DNA of 61,872 nucleotides, filler included, from Candidatus Ancaeobacter aquaticus (lineage in GTDB: Bacteria > Auribacterota > Ancaeobacteria > Ancaeobacterales > Ancaeobacteraceae): the NCBI GenBank assembly GCA_030765405.1. It is 5 parts of 5 records of this genome, joined end to end, with 100 filler letters (N's around TTAATTAATTAA, not from the genome) between each part and the next. Parts side by side here need not be neighbours in the genome. Positions count along the whole stretch, not along the records: positions 14,435 to 31,509 come from JAVCCP010000043.1; 4 more parts are not named here. The stretch is one strand, 5' to 3'. Position numbers and translations under genes: made by a program. Positions 18,135 through 27,244 of the stretch are shown here, in pieces (within the stretch, counting starts at the first letter, position 1; the number at the start of each line of letters is the position of its first letter). The notes beneath the pieces are model-generated. The model was given only the letters and a program-made list of their open reading frames with translations, had not been told where the DNA came from and did no database searches.

Positions 18135-18815
18135 ATGATAAAAATAATAAAAGTTACAATCGTGCTTCTTTTGTTATCTTGTCCTAGTATACTCGCTATT
18201 GCTAAAGCTAATATTGATTTTGAAATTCTTGATGAACAGACAGTTGATGCACCCCTTAAAACTGAAATTGTTCAACAAATTCTAATCAAAGGGGATTTAT
18301 CAAAAGAAAAAATAACCAAATTTATCTGGGAACGATATAATTCGTTGAAAAGCCGCCATGGGTTCAAGTTTCACTCTTCTCCCACCAATATAGGAGTACA
18401 TCTTTACATTTCAAAAGAACATTATAATTCTGGAATGGGGCAATGGATTGCAATGATTTATAATAGAGTTGATAGAAGTAATCCAAAGGTTATATATTCT
18501 ATGAATTTTCAAGGACAACTTGAAAACTTAAGCGCCAAACCAGAAATAATATCTGGAATTTCTGAAGAAAAGAGGAAACAAATTTGGAAAGAATCTATCC
18601 ATGCTGAGGACAGATCGTGGGCAGAAGCCGAAAAGGCTATATCTAATCCTCAATCCATGGAAGACTTAAAACGAATTGGCGAACTGCAAGAAACATTAAA
18701 TGAAAAATACAATGCAGAAATTATCAAGAAATATGGGATAAATAAAGAAATCCTTAAAGAGGTTAAATTAGAAGGCTTAAAAAAAGGTTGGCCAATGCCG
18801 CCAGAAGAATATTAA
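18135..18815 (+). CDS. Exported hypothetical protein
   Basis: AGGAG SD, signal peptide-like N-terminus, 226 aa. Confidence 0.75.
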   Translation: MIKIIKVTIVLLLLSCPSILAIAKANIDFEILDEQTVDAPLKTEIVQQILIKGDLSKEKITKFIWERYNSLKSRHGFKFHSSPTNIGVHLYISKEHYNSGMGQWIAMIYNRVDRSNPKVIYSMNFQGQLENLSAKPEIISGISEEKRKQIWKESIHAEDRSWAEAEKAISNPQSMEDLKRIGELQETLNEKYNAEIIKKYGINKEILKEVKLEGLKKGWPMPPEEY

Positions 18816-18922
18816 ACTCCTAACATTAAAATACGAGAGAACAGTATTATTTTATTCTGATGTAGAATTTCATAAAGAATATCTTGAGGTAATAGAAAAA
18901 CAGACGGAGACTTACAAAAAAG

Positions 18923-19468
18923 ATGCAAATAAGTTTTAATATTGGAGTTATAATGATTGCAAGATTTAGACTAATAACCTATTTATTTTCCCTTATTTTA
19001 TCTCTTACATCTGCCTTACCTGTGCAAGCTGAAAATATATATACAGTAGTAAGGGTTATAGATGGAGATACTATTGAAATAAAATATAAAGACAAGATAG
19101 AAAGTGTAAGACTTATAGGCATTGATACGCCTGAGAGCAGGGCAAATAAAAAAGCTTGGAGAGATGCAAAGAGAAGCGGTCGGGATATACGGACAATAAC
19201 CAAGATGGGGAAACAGGCTGTTGGATACGTAAAAACCCTTGTTAAAGGGGGTGATGAGGTAAAAATAGAGTTTGATGTTCAGAAACGGGATAAGTATAAG
19301 AGGCTTTTAGGGTATGTTTATCTAAGAAATGGCAAGATGTTAAACGAGGAGATAATAATCGCAGGGTATGCCAGTCCTATGACAATACCGCCGGATGTGA
19401 AATATCAGGATAAATTCTTAAATGCTTACAAAGAAGCTAGGAAAAATAAGAGAGGGATTTGGAAATAA
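18923..19468 (+). CDS. Secreted thermonuclease (SNase family)
   Basis: Signal peptide; 'RVIDGDTI', 'VRLIGIDTPE', 'DKYKRLLGYVY' catalytic motifs intact. Confidence 0.92.
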   Translation: MQISFNIGVIMIARFRLITYLFSLILSLTSALPVQAENIYTVVRVIDGDTIEIKYKDKIESVRLIGIDTPESRANKKAWRDAKRSGRDIRTITKMGKQAVGYVKTLVKGGDEVKIEFDVQKRDKYKRLLGYVYLRNGKMLNEEIIIAGYASPMTIPPDVKYQDKFLNAYKEARKNKRGIWK

Positions 19469-19540
19469 AAACAGGAGTAATGGATAAAGTAGAGATAGAA
19501 AATTGACTAATAGTGGGAAAGTTAGAAGAAAGGAGAAAAA

Positions 19541-19924
19541 ATGAATGAATTGGGAAAACAAATACTGGAAGCAATAAATAAGCAAGAACCCCAAAAAATT
19601 TTAGAAACAGATAAAAAAGGAATACACATATGTTTTATTGCTTCGTATGTAAGTCCTAAATCAGAATATGATATAAAAGAATTTAACCGCGAAATTTCAA
19701 ATCTTAAAAAAGAAGGATACATCACTCTGTCTAGTTTGTCTGACAGAGAACCAAACCCAAACGAATTAGAAGCTGCACTAGAAGGGTGGATAAAAGAACA
19801 TAAAGAGCATATAGAAGAATATGAAAAGTTCATGAAAGAATATAAAGATGAATTCGAGGGAAACCCCCATAATTACTATACTAATATTACAGCTAAGGGA
19901 ATGAAGGTCTTAGGAAATAACTAA
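19541..19924 (+). CDS. Hypothetical protein
   Basis: AGGAG SD, 127-aa ORF co-oriented with the array. Confidence 0.65.
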   Translation: MNELGKQILEAINKQEPQKILETDKKGIHICFIASYVSPKSEYDIKEFNREISNLKKEGYITLSSLSDREPNPNELEAALEGWIKEHKEHIEEYEKFMKEYKDEFEGNPHNYYTNITAKGMKVLGNN

Positions 19925-20097
19925 CCTGTTGGTTTTCTGACGCATATAGTTTAAAAGGTGTCCTCTTTATATTGAGAAGCTTGAAAAAATAGAAGGAAGA
20001 ACGTATGGGTGTAAGAAATCTGGGTTAAGAAGGGAGTTTTTACTAGGTATATAAAAATGTATGCACGAGTGTAGAAAACGATAAACAAGGGAGGTGT

Positions 20098-20427
20098 ATG
20101 ATGGAAATTGTGGCATTTATTACGATTTTTGCATCGGTAATATTCGGTTTTGTGTTATTTGTACTCATTCTACTCGCTCCATTCTTCCTGTATTACACAA
20201 TGGAAAATACAAAAGAGTCTCTTGAGGAGTTAAAGAAAATTAATCAAAACATATTACAATTATGTATGGGTAGAAAAAGTGATTATAAACAACCTACAGA
20301 AAACAAACCTACTCGTGGGGAACAGGAAATGAAACAATGTCCATTTTGTGCTGCTGAGATAGAGAAAGAAGCACTCTATTGTAAGTACTGCAAGCGGAAC
20401 ACGTCGGAGAAATTGAAAGATGGATAA
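20098..20427 (+). CDS. Membrane protein with C-terminal zinc ribbon
   Basis: GGAGG SD; N-terminal TM; 'KQCPFCAAEIEKEALYCKYCKR'. Confidence 0.75.
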   Translation: MMEIVAFITIFASVIFGFVLFVLILLAPFFLYYTMENTKESLEELKKINQNILQLCMGRKSDYKQPTENKPTRGEQEMKQCPFCAAEIEKEALYCKYCKRNTSEKLKDG

Positions 20428-20513
20428 GGAAAAGTATATTTTAAATGAAGAAATTCTTAAAGAAGTTCAATTAGAAGGCTTAAAAAAGGGTGGGGTATAT
20501 AAAAGGGGCAAAT

Positions 20514-21092
20514 ATGAAAAAATGTCCATATTGTGCTGAAGAAATACAAGATGATGCTATTAAGTGTAGATACTGCGGGGAGTTGCTGAATAAAGAGATA
20601 AATCCTACCAAAGAAGAAGATTCTGATTTTGATAGTGAAGGATTTATGAAAGACCCCATAACTGAAAAAGTGCAAGTTCAAAAGACTAAAGTTAGTCGCA
20701 ATATTGGATGTTTGCCAGCATTTTTTGTTATTCTTCTTTGTACTATTATGTTTGTTGTGCTTGGGCGTTCTTGTGAAACTACAAAAACAAGAAAAACATC
20801 ATTAACGGGTGTTTATAAATGGGGAGAGATATTATCTGGTGTTGACCAACGAGAGCATTCCACAGAACAGTTCGTATCAATGCTAAATATTATTCATAAT
20901 AATCATCCTAATTATTCATATGAAAAAATTAGTGATCTGTTGTCTTATTATTGGTGGCAACTTTATCAACAATTGCCAGATTTATCATTTTGCGAATTTG
21001 TAAAATCCATAAGTAAAGAATCAAAAAGAACAGATGTGGATTTAAATGAGATTATGGCTCGATATATGCTTTTAAAGGAAAGGGGTTACTAG
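20514..21092 (+). CDS. Zinc-ribbon, single-TM membrane protein
   Basis: '[23 protein letters not shown]', TM segment with Cys; ATG 20514 chosen over 20490. Confidence 0.75.
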   Translation: MKKCPYCAEEIQDDAIKCRYCGELLNKEINPTKEEDSDFDSEGFMKDPITEKVQVQKTKVSRNIGCLPAFFVILLCTIMFVVLGRSCETTKTRKTSLTGVYKWGEILSGVDQREHSTEQFVSMLNIIHNNHPNYSYEKISDLLSYYWWQLYQQLPDLSFCEFVKSISKESKRTDVDLNEIMARYMLLKERGY

Positions 21093-21176
21093 TATCATAA
21101 ATACTTGAGAGTTAATATAGAATGATAAATATTAATTAGCCATAAAGAGATAGTTCGTAAAATAAAAAAGAAGGAC

Positions 21177-21250
21177 AATATTCAGGAGCTTAATAGTATG
21201 TACTCAGAACTCCATGATAGCAACCATAGGGATGTTGGTGAAAGAATGAA
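21177..21250 (+). pseudogene. Internal fragment of the 'KKKEA' small gene family fused upstream of the serpin
   Basis: Encodes NIQELNSMYSELHDSNHRDVGERMK versus NIQELTRMYAELPDSNHRDVGGRMK in 26962-27237. Confidence 0.8.
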
Positions 21251-22520
21251 AAAGATAATGAATAGGCCCATGCACAGTAGAGTGATGTATGTAACGGCGG
21301 GTATTTTGTGCGCGTTAATGGTGATGTATGCGTTGGCCGCGAGCCCCGTTATCTGTGCTCAGGAAAATGATGACGTATATGCGGTTGCCAAAAGCACGAA
21401 TGTTTTTGCGTCCGAGCTGTTTTACTGGTTGTCGCCGGACGAGGGTAACCTGTTTTTTTCTCCCTACGGCATTTCTTCGGCGCTGGCGATGACGTACGCG
21501 GGTGCGCGGGGTAATACCGCTGTGCAGATGGCCCGCGTTCTGGCTTTTACCCTGCCGCCGGAAAAGCTCGATCCCGCGATGTTGGAATTGATGGGGATGT
21601 TGCATGCCATGGACAACGGGTATCAGCTTTTTGTCGCTAACGCGTTGTGGGCTCAAACCGGCTATGCTTTCCGTCCGGAGTTCCTGACCGTTATAGACAA
21701 GTATTACTCCGCCGGCTTTAAAGAGGTTGACTACAATGACGCAACAGAGAGAGAGCAAACGAGGCAGAAGATCAACACGTGGACGGCGGAAAATACCGGA
21801 AACAAGATAATTGAGCTGATCAAGCCGAAGGTATTGGACGAAGGGACCCGGCTGGTGCTGACCAACGCAATTTATTTCAAGGGTATGTGGCGGTTTCCGT
21901 TCAAGGCAAAGTCAACCGAGGAAGATTCGTTTAACGTTTCGCCTCAGGAACCGCCGGTGCGCGTTCCCATGATGCACCAGACGGGGAAGTTCAAATACGC
22001 AGAAGATCAGGACGTGCAGATTCTGGAGATGCCGTATGCCGGCGGCGGCCTGGCGATGGTGATCGTGCTTCCCCGGTCGTTCACCAAGATGAGGGATGTA
22101 CGGGATGCGTTGTCGAGGGACCTCGACAGCAGGCTCGCCCGTCTTTCCGCGCGAAAAGTGCAGGTGTCTCTGCCGCGTTTCAAGGTGGAGAAGGAATGTA
22201 TCCTGAACGAACCGTTGATCGAACTCGGGATGGTTTACGCTTTCGATGCGCGGTCCGCCGATTTTTCTGGGATGACATCCGATCCGGCAGGGCTGTACAT
22301 ATCGAAGGTCATTCACAAGGCGTTTATCGAAGTAAACGAAGAGGGAGCGGAGGCGGCTGCGGCTGCCGCTGTCCTCATGAACGTGAGTGCGCGTTCCTCC
22401 GTTCGTCAAACACCGACCATTTTTGTTGCTGACCGGCCGTTTTTCTTCCTGATCCGTGATACCCGCACAGGCGCTGTCTTGTTCATGGGGCGGTTGTCCG
22501 ATCCGCGACAGGAATTCTGA
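21198..22520 (+). CDS. Secreted serpin (serine protease inhibitor)
   Basis: 'NLFFSPYGISSAL', 'NAIYFKGMW', hinge 'EEGAEAAAAAA', 'FVADRPFFFLI', 'LFMGR'; signal peptide; true start likely 21246 or later. Confidence 0.95.
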   Translation: MYSELHDSNHRDVGERMKKIMNRPMHSRVMYVTAGILCALMVMYALAASPVICAQENDDVYAVAKSTNVFASELFYWLSPDEGNLFFSPYGISSALAMTYAGARGNTAVQMARVLAFTLPPEKLDPAMLELMGMLHAMDNGYQLFVANALWAQTGYAFRPEFLTVIDKYYSAGFKEVDYNDATEREQTRQKINTWTAENTGNKIIELIKPKVLDEGTRLVLTNAIYFKGMWRFPFKAKSTEEDSFNVSPQEPPVRVPMMHQTGKFKYAEDQDVQILEMPYAGGGLAMVIVLPRSFTKMRDVRDALSRDLDSRLARLSARKVQVSLPRFKVEKECILNEPLIELGMVYAFDARSADFSGMTSDPAGLYISKVIHKAFIEVNEEGAEAAAAAAVLMNVSARSSVRQTPTIFVADRPFFFLIRDTRTGAVLFMGRLSDPRQEF

Positions 22521-22561
22521 GGACAGAACACTTAATTATTGAGTCAGATAAGGAGAATGTT

Positions 22562-22840
22562 ATGGCTACAAAAAAGAAAGAAGCTTCAAAAACAAAGAGA
22601 AGTGTTGTTGTTCACAAAAAAGATATTAGTGTAGATAATATTTATCAAATGTTGAATGTTGTTGAGAATAATATTTAGGAGCTAACCAGGATGTATGCAG
22701 AATTACCCGACAGCAATCACCGGGATGTTGGTGGAAGAATGAAGCCGACAACAAAACAAATGGAAATAGCAAAACAAATCAAAAGCGCTCAAGTAAGAGC
22801 GGATAGATTAATGAGAATAATTGAGAAACAGATGTTATAG
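22562..22840 (+). pseudogene. Nonsense-mutated copy of gene 26962-27237
   Basis: Full-length colinear copy with AGGAG SD; codon 39 is TAG (22676-22678) where the intact copy has CAG. Confidence 0.9.
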
Positions 22841-23077
22841 AGAAAAGGGAGTTGCTCCCTTTTTGAAAATCCTTTTTACCTCTATATATTAATATGTTAT
22901 GAGGAATAAAAATGACAAATATAAAAAAAAGAACAGTTTTTATATAGAAACAGCAATTAAATATTATAAATACACAATTAAAAGACTTCCTAAACACTTC
23001 TGTCTTTTGGCCTTTGGATTCACACCGTTTAGATGAATATTTGGGTTGACCAGGCCCATATAAGCCCATATAAGCCC

Positions 23078-23106
23078 TTGACAAAGTTAGAGTTATCCTA
23101 TATAAT
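23078..23106 (+). promoter_or_regulatory. Perfect-consensus sigma70 promoter
   Basis: TTGACA-17 nt-TATAAT. Confidence 0.88.
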
Positions 23107-23142
23107 ACACTTGTACGTATAGCATAAGGAGGGTACTAAGAA

Positions 23143-23222
23143 AATCTGTTTTTGGTAAACCATTCGGAAGATTGGGACACAAAGCCAGGGACCTATCGGG
23201 TTGCCCAGCTGCCGTGAAAGAC
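23143..23222 (+). ncRNA. c-di-GMP-I (GEMM-I) riboswitch aptamer
   Basis: GGTAAACCATTC-GGAA-GATTGGGACACAAAGCCAGGGACCTA...GGTTGCCCAGCTGCCG matches the family pattern (GGCAAACC-P2 GNRA-GGGACGCAAAGCC-P3-..GCCG); G at the Vc2 G20-equivalent position. Confidence 0.88.
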
Positions 23223-23290
23223 CACGTTAAGCATCTTCGATGTATTTATTGTTATGGCTTTTGTAGCATCAATAAAAAATGTCGCAGACA

Positions 23291-23324
23291 TCCCAATCGT
23301 TCGTAAAGAATGGTTGGTTTTTTT
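23291..23324 (+). terminator. Intrinsic terminator, expression platform of the riboswitch
   Basis: CCAATCGTTC-gtaaa-GAATGGTTGG followed by T7; 5' arm TCCCAATC is complementary to aptamer GATTGGGA (23170-23177). Confidence 0.8.
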
Positions 23325-23352
23325 ATGTTTACAGTGGGAGGAGGTAATCAAG

Positions 23353-24723
23353 ATGATTAAATGGTACGCTATCGTCTCTTTTGCGCTATTCCTGTTTCTG
23401 CTGCCTCCCGACACTTTTTCCGCCAGAAATGACCATTCTGAAGCAATATTCAATATGCTTGCTTCCAAAACGGGATTCAAAGAAGCCCGCGATATACGAC
23501 GACAATTCAAAGTATTAGCACCAAATGCAAGAATTGCTAATTCTGTTCTGAAAATCGCAACAAGAACTAGAGCTTCCTTTTACAAATATTTAAACTGTAC
23601 CAGACATTGGGATCATCCGACTATTATCAAGATATACCCAACAAAGAAAATGTACAAATTTGCAACTGGGCATAAAGGGTCTGTTGGTTTTGCAGTATTC
23701 ATGTCTACAAAGGGAATAAAAAAACGGCTCATTGCTGCGTATTATGACCATGAGGATTTTGAGAATACGTTACATCATGAAATTGTCCATCAACTTACTA
23801 GAGATCTCGCTGTCCCTAAAAATTATATCCATCCGAAAAATGTAAAAAAGATGTCCACTCCGCTTTGGATAGACGAAGGATTGGCGGAATATCTAACGGC
23901 AAACAAAAAGGGAAGAGATAAATACAAGATAAAGGTTGGGAAGGCCCTTAAAGAAAATCGTGCATTTAGTTTAATAGAATTAATATCATTCAAGAAATAT
24001 CCAAGCCGTGATCCCATTCTTTTTTATGCACAATCTTATTCCCTTATTTCATTTCTTGCCAAAGTTCCAAACTTCCGTGTTAAATTAAGAAATTTAGCAA
24101 CCTCGTCTTACAAACTTGAGCCACGTCAAAGACTATTAAAACCGTATTCTAGAGATTTTAACAATTTAAATGAAATCTCGATGAAATGGCGCAAATATGC
24201 AATGCGAGAATATGTGAGAACAAAAGGAAAACAAGAAGACAGAAAAGTCACCGCAAAAAGCGCTTCAGTGAGCAATGCCGGACTATACATTATGGTTATT
24301 GTTGATGAGATCTTAGATGGTGATACTCTCAAGGTTATTTACAATGGCAATAAAGAGAGCGTGAGGCTAATAGGTGTGGATACCCCTGAGAGTAAAGTGA
24401 ATAAGAAAGCTAAAAGGGATGCAAAGAAAAGCGGTGATGATATTAAGGTAATAACTGCTATGGGAAAAGAAGCTACTTTGTACACAAAGAGCCTCGTTAA
24501 AAAGGGAGATATGGTAACATTGAAATTTGATGTTCAGAAGAGGGATAGATATAGAAGATTATTAGGATATGTTTATCTTAAGAATGGAAAGATGTTAAAC
24601 GAAGAGATAGTAAAAGGTGGCTATGCAAGCCCTATGACGATACCGCCAAATGTTAAATATCAGAGTAAGTTTCTAAAGGCATATAAGAAGGCAAGGCAAT
24701 ATAAAAAGGGGTTGTGGAAATGA
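23353..24723 (+). CDS. Secreted gluzincin-like metallopeptidase fused to C-terminal thermonuclease
   Basis: GGAGGAGG SD before ATG 23353; signal peptide; 'LHHEIVHQ' (HExxH) plus 'WIDEGLAEY'; C-terminal 'ILDGDTL..VRLIGVDTPE..DRYRRLLGYVY'. Confidence 0.85.
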   Translation: MIKWYAIVSFALFLFLLPPDTFSARNDHSEAIFNMLASKTGFKEARDIRRQFKVLAPNARIANSVLKIATRTRASFYKYLNCTRHWDHPTIIKIYPTKKMYKFATGHKGSVGFAVFMSTKGIKKRLIAAYYDHEDFENTLHHEIVHQLTRDLAVPKNYIHPKNVKKMSTPLWIDEGLAEYLTANKKGRDKYKIKVGKALKENRAFSLIELISFKKYPSRDPILFYAQSYSLISFLAKVPNFRVKLRNLATSSYKLEPRQRLLKPYSRDFNNLNEISMKWRKYAMREYVRTKGKQEDRKVTAKSASVSNAGLYIMVIVDEILDGDTLKVIYNGNKESVRLIGVDTPESKVNKKAKRDAKKSGDDIKVITAMGKEATLYTKSLVKKGDMVTLKFDVQKRDRYRRLLGYVYLKNGKMLNEEIVKGGYASPMTIPPNVKYQSKFLKAYKKARQYKKGLWK

Positions 24724-25199
24724 AAAAATGTCCATATTGTGCTGAAGAGATACAAGATGATGCTGTTAAGTGTAAACATTGTCTGAGGTTTCTTAATGAA
24801 AGTATTCAAGGGCAGGAATCTGCTGGTAATGCGACTATGATCAGGCAATCTAATAATAAATCAATAAATAAGAGTACATCAAACTCAATCATCATGTTGG
24901 GTGTGCTTGGTCTCGTCTCTTTCATAATATATTTTACGACAGGTTTTTTTGTGATACAGCCAATAGGTGCTATCCCGGATGGTGCTACGGTATGGTATTG
25001 GCGTGCCGGTACAAAACTGCCTTTTATTGGATCAGCCGATGGCTTATTGTTCAAGACACAAGGGGGGGTATCGTTGATGGGTAGAGCAGTCTTTCTTGGA
25101 GGATTTGCCAAGATACTAGCGGACAGGAAAATTGTTGTATTGCCTTACAGTAGAACGTTGTACCTGATTTCCACCGGTGGACGAGATTTCGATCGATAA
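24720..25199 (+). CDS. Zinc-ribbon membrane protein
   Basis: ATG overlaps the upstream stop; '[21 protein letters not shown]', one TM. Confidence 0.75.
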   Translation: MKKCPYCAEEIQDDAVKCKHCLRFLNESIQGQESAGNATMIRQSNNKSINKSTSNSIIMLGVLGLVSFIIYFTTGFFVIQPIGAIPDGATVWYWRAGTKLPFIGSADGLLFKTQGGVSLMGRAVFLGGFAKILADRKIVVLPYSRTLYLISTGGRDFDR

Positions 25200-25230
25200 T
25201 TTAAAAAAACGCAAGATATGGGGATGAGTA

Positions 25231-26868
25231 ATGGGGATTATTATTTGGATAGTATTGTCAATTGTAGCTGGTATCATTGCTGAGCAGAAAGGGAGATCTG
25301 GGATCGGCTTTTTTTTCTTATCAGTGCTATTAAGTCCGTTTGTTGGGATTATTGTAGCGTTAGTTGTAAAACAGAATTATGCTAAAATTGAAGAGAAACA
25401 GTTAAAATCAGATGATTATAAGAAGTGTCCATTTTGTGCAGAGATTATCAAAAAGTCAGCTATAAAATGTAGATATTGTTGCGAAAATCTTGAATTGGAA
25501 AAGCCAGAGGCTACTAAAGGGGAAAATATTGTGGCTCCGAGTTGTATTGAAGCACTACAAAAGGGGGAATCCAACCCGCAACATAAGAATGGCATAAATC
25601 AAGATGTTGTGGATGAGAAAGTTATTCAGGAAAAAAGAAATGATGTTCTATGTGTGGGTAAGCTGTTGCCTTGGATCGGCAGAATAACGAGCTTTCATAT
25701 TACAGTGATCATATTATTGCTTGTATCTGTGGCGGTGCTTTATACAGTGGTAAGCGATTATTATAAACTTATGCCAAAACAAGAATATAGTGAAATGGAA
25801 AAACAAGAGGGCAAAGTTTTAGCCGACAGTCAAAAAGTGGTAAAAGACGCGAAAGAGCTTCTAAGAGAGTCGTATCAAAAAACAAAAATTAAGGAACAAA
25901 ATAAAGCATTTGGTTCGTTAGAGTTTGGTGACAGTGAAGATGTGGTGATAAAAAAGATAAGTCAAGATAGCAATATTACCATAAAGGATGGTTCTCATGG
26001 ATATTTTGATACCACTATCTCTTTAGGGGACTATGAGTATACAATCTATTTTAATGATGCAAATGATGAACGAATAGCTTATAGCCGCAATATGTCAAGA
26101 AGTAATCGTTTAGCGAAGGTTGTGATAAGTTCTGAATGGCTAAAGTATGAGTATATTGTGGTTTTGCCTAAGAGATGGAATATTTTGGTCAAAATAATTA
26201 AAGATGTTTATGGCCCAGCAGATTATGAGATAGAGTATCCTTCCCCATTATCGATTGGGCGAATGAGGGTCAAGACCACTCACGCATGGTATTGTGGCAG
26301 GAAAACAATAATGGTGATGATAATGAAAGGCGACCCACTTTATTCGGCGCAATGTTGGATATATGATAATGAATTGATGGAAAAGCAAAACAAGATGGAA
26401 GATGATCGCAAAAGAGAAGATATAAACCAAAAGAAGTATTTGTTTGGTGGTGGCATAAAAAAAGAAAAAAATACAGAAACAATGATGGTTACCAAGAAGC
26501 CATATAGTCCAAAAAAAGAATTTGAATTGAAGATGAGTAAATTAATGGAAAAATACCCAATTATTTATGGTAAAAATGATAAAGGGTATTGGTATGAGTC
26601 AATAGGCGGTAAACATTACTTTAATACAGCTGAAGAATACGAGCAAATTAGAAGTGGAGCATTTGAAGGGGAAAAAGACTTTAAAGAAATACGCTGGGGG
26701 CATATAAAAAAAGGTATGAAAATTGCGGTAAGATTACTAAATGGAAGTGTGATAAGTGGCAAGGTTAATAAAGTAAATGAAAGAAGTATTGTTATTGATA
26801 TGTATGAAGGAAAGGCATTTATCACTTTTGATTATGATGAAATATCTGACATTAGCGTTGTTGAATAA
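25231..26868 (+). CDS. Multi-domain membrane protein with internal zinc ribbon
   Basis: Two N-terminal TMs ('KGRSGIGFFFLSVLLSP'), 'KKCPFCAEIIKKSAIKCRYC', a further TM and a large soluble region. Confidence 0.75.
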   Translation: MGIIIWIVLSIVAGIIAEQKGRSGIGFFFLSVLLSPFVGIIVALVVKQNYAKIEEKQLKSDDYKKCPFCAEIIKKSAIKCRYCCENLELEKPEATKGENIVAPSCIEALQKGESNPQHKNGINQDVVDEKVIQEKRNDVLCVGKLLPWIGRITSFHITVIILLLVSVAVLYTVVSDYYKLMPKQEYSEMEKQEGKVLADSQKVVKDAKELLRESYQKTKIKEQNKAFGSLEFGDSEDVVIKKISQDSNITIKDGSHGYFDTTISLGDYEYTIYFNDANDERIAYSRNMSRSNRLAKVVISSEWLKYEYIVVLPKRWNILVKIIKDVYGPADYEIEYPSPLSIGRMRVKTTHAWYCGRKTIMVMIMKGDPLYSAQCWIYDNELMEKQNKMEDDRKREDINQKKYLFGGGIKKEKNTETMMVTKKPYSPKKEFELKMSKLMEKYPIIYGKNDKGYWYESIGGKHYFNTAEEYEQIRSGAFEGEKDFKEIRWGHIKKGMKIAVRLLNGSVISGKVNKVNERSIVIDMYEGKAFITFDYDEISDISVVE

Positions 26869-26961
26869 GAGGCATAGAAACGGTCTAGAGAAAAATATTG
26901 GGGGTGAGGATGGATAATAGATAGAAAAACCACTAATGAAGTATATATTAAGGAGAAGATT

Positions 26962-27237
26962 ATGGCCTCAAAGAAGAAAGAAGCGACAAGAACTAAAAGA
27001 AGTGTTGTAATTCATAAAAAAGATGTCAATGTAGATAATATTTATCAGATGTTGAATGTTGTTGAGAATAATATTCAGGAACTCACTAGGATGTATGCTG
27101 AATTGCCTGACAGCAATCATCGGGATGTTGGTGGGAGAATGAAACCGACAACCAAGCAAATGGAAATTATAAAGCAAATCAAAAGCGCTCAAGCTAGAGC
27201 TGATAGGTTAATGAGAATCATTGAAAAACATTGGTAG
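26962..27237 (+). CDS. Small basic coiled-coil hypothetical protein ('KKKEA' family, intact copy)
   Basis: AGGAG SD; 91 aa; two degenerate paralogs in the same contig. Confidence 0.8.
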   Translation: MASKKKEATRTKRSVVIHKKDVNVDNIYQMLNVVENNIQELTRMYAELPDSNHRDVGGRMKPTTKQMEIIKQIKSAQARADRLMRIIEKHW

Positions 27238-27244
27238 GGTGAAA

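Noticed and set aside
22676..22678. Amber recoding (TAG=Gln) or pyrrolysine in contig 2
   Set aside because: Several neighbouring genes end properly in TAG (15783, 21092, 27237, 27823), and read-through at 27237 gives no sensible protein; a single C>T nonsense change is simpler.
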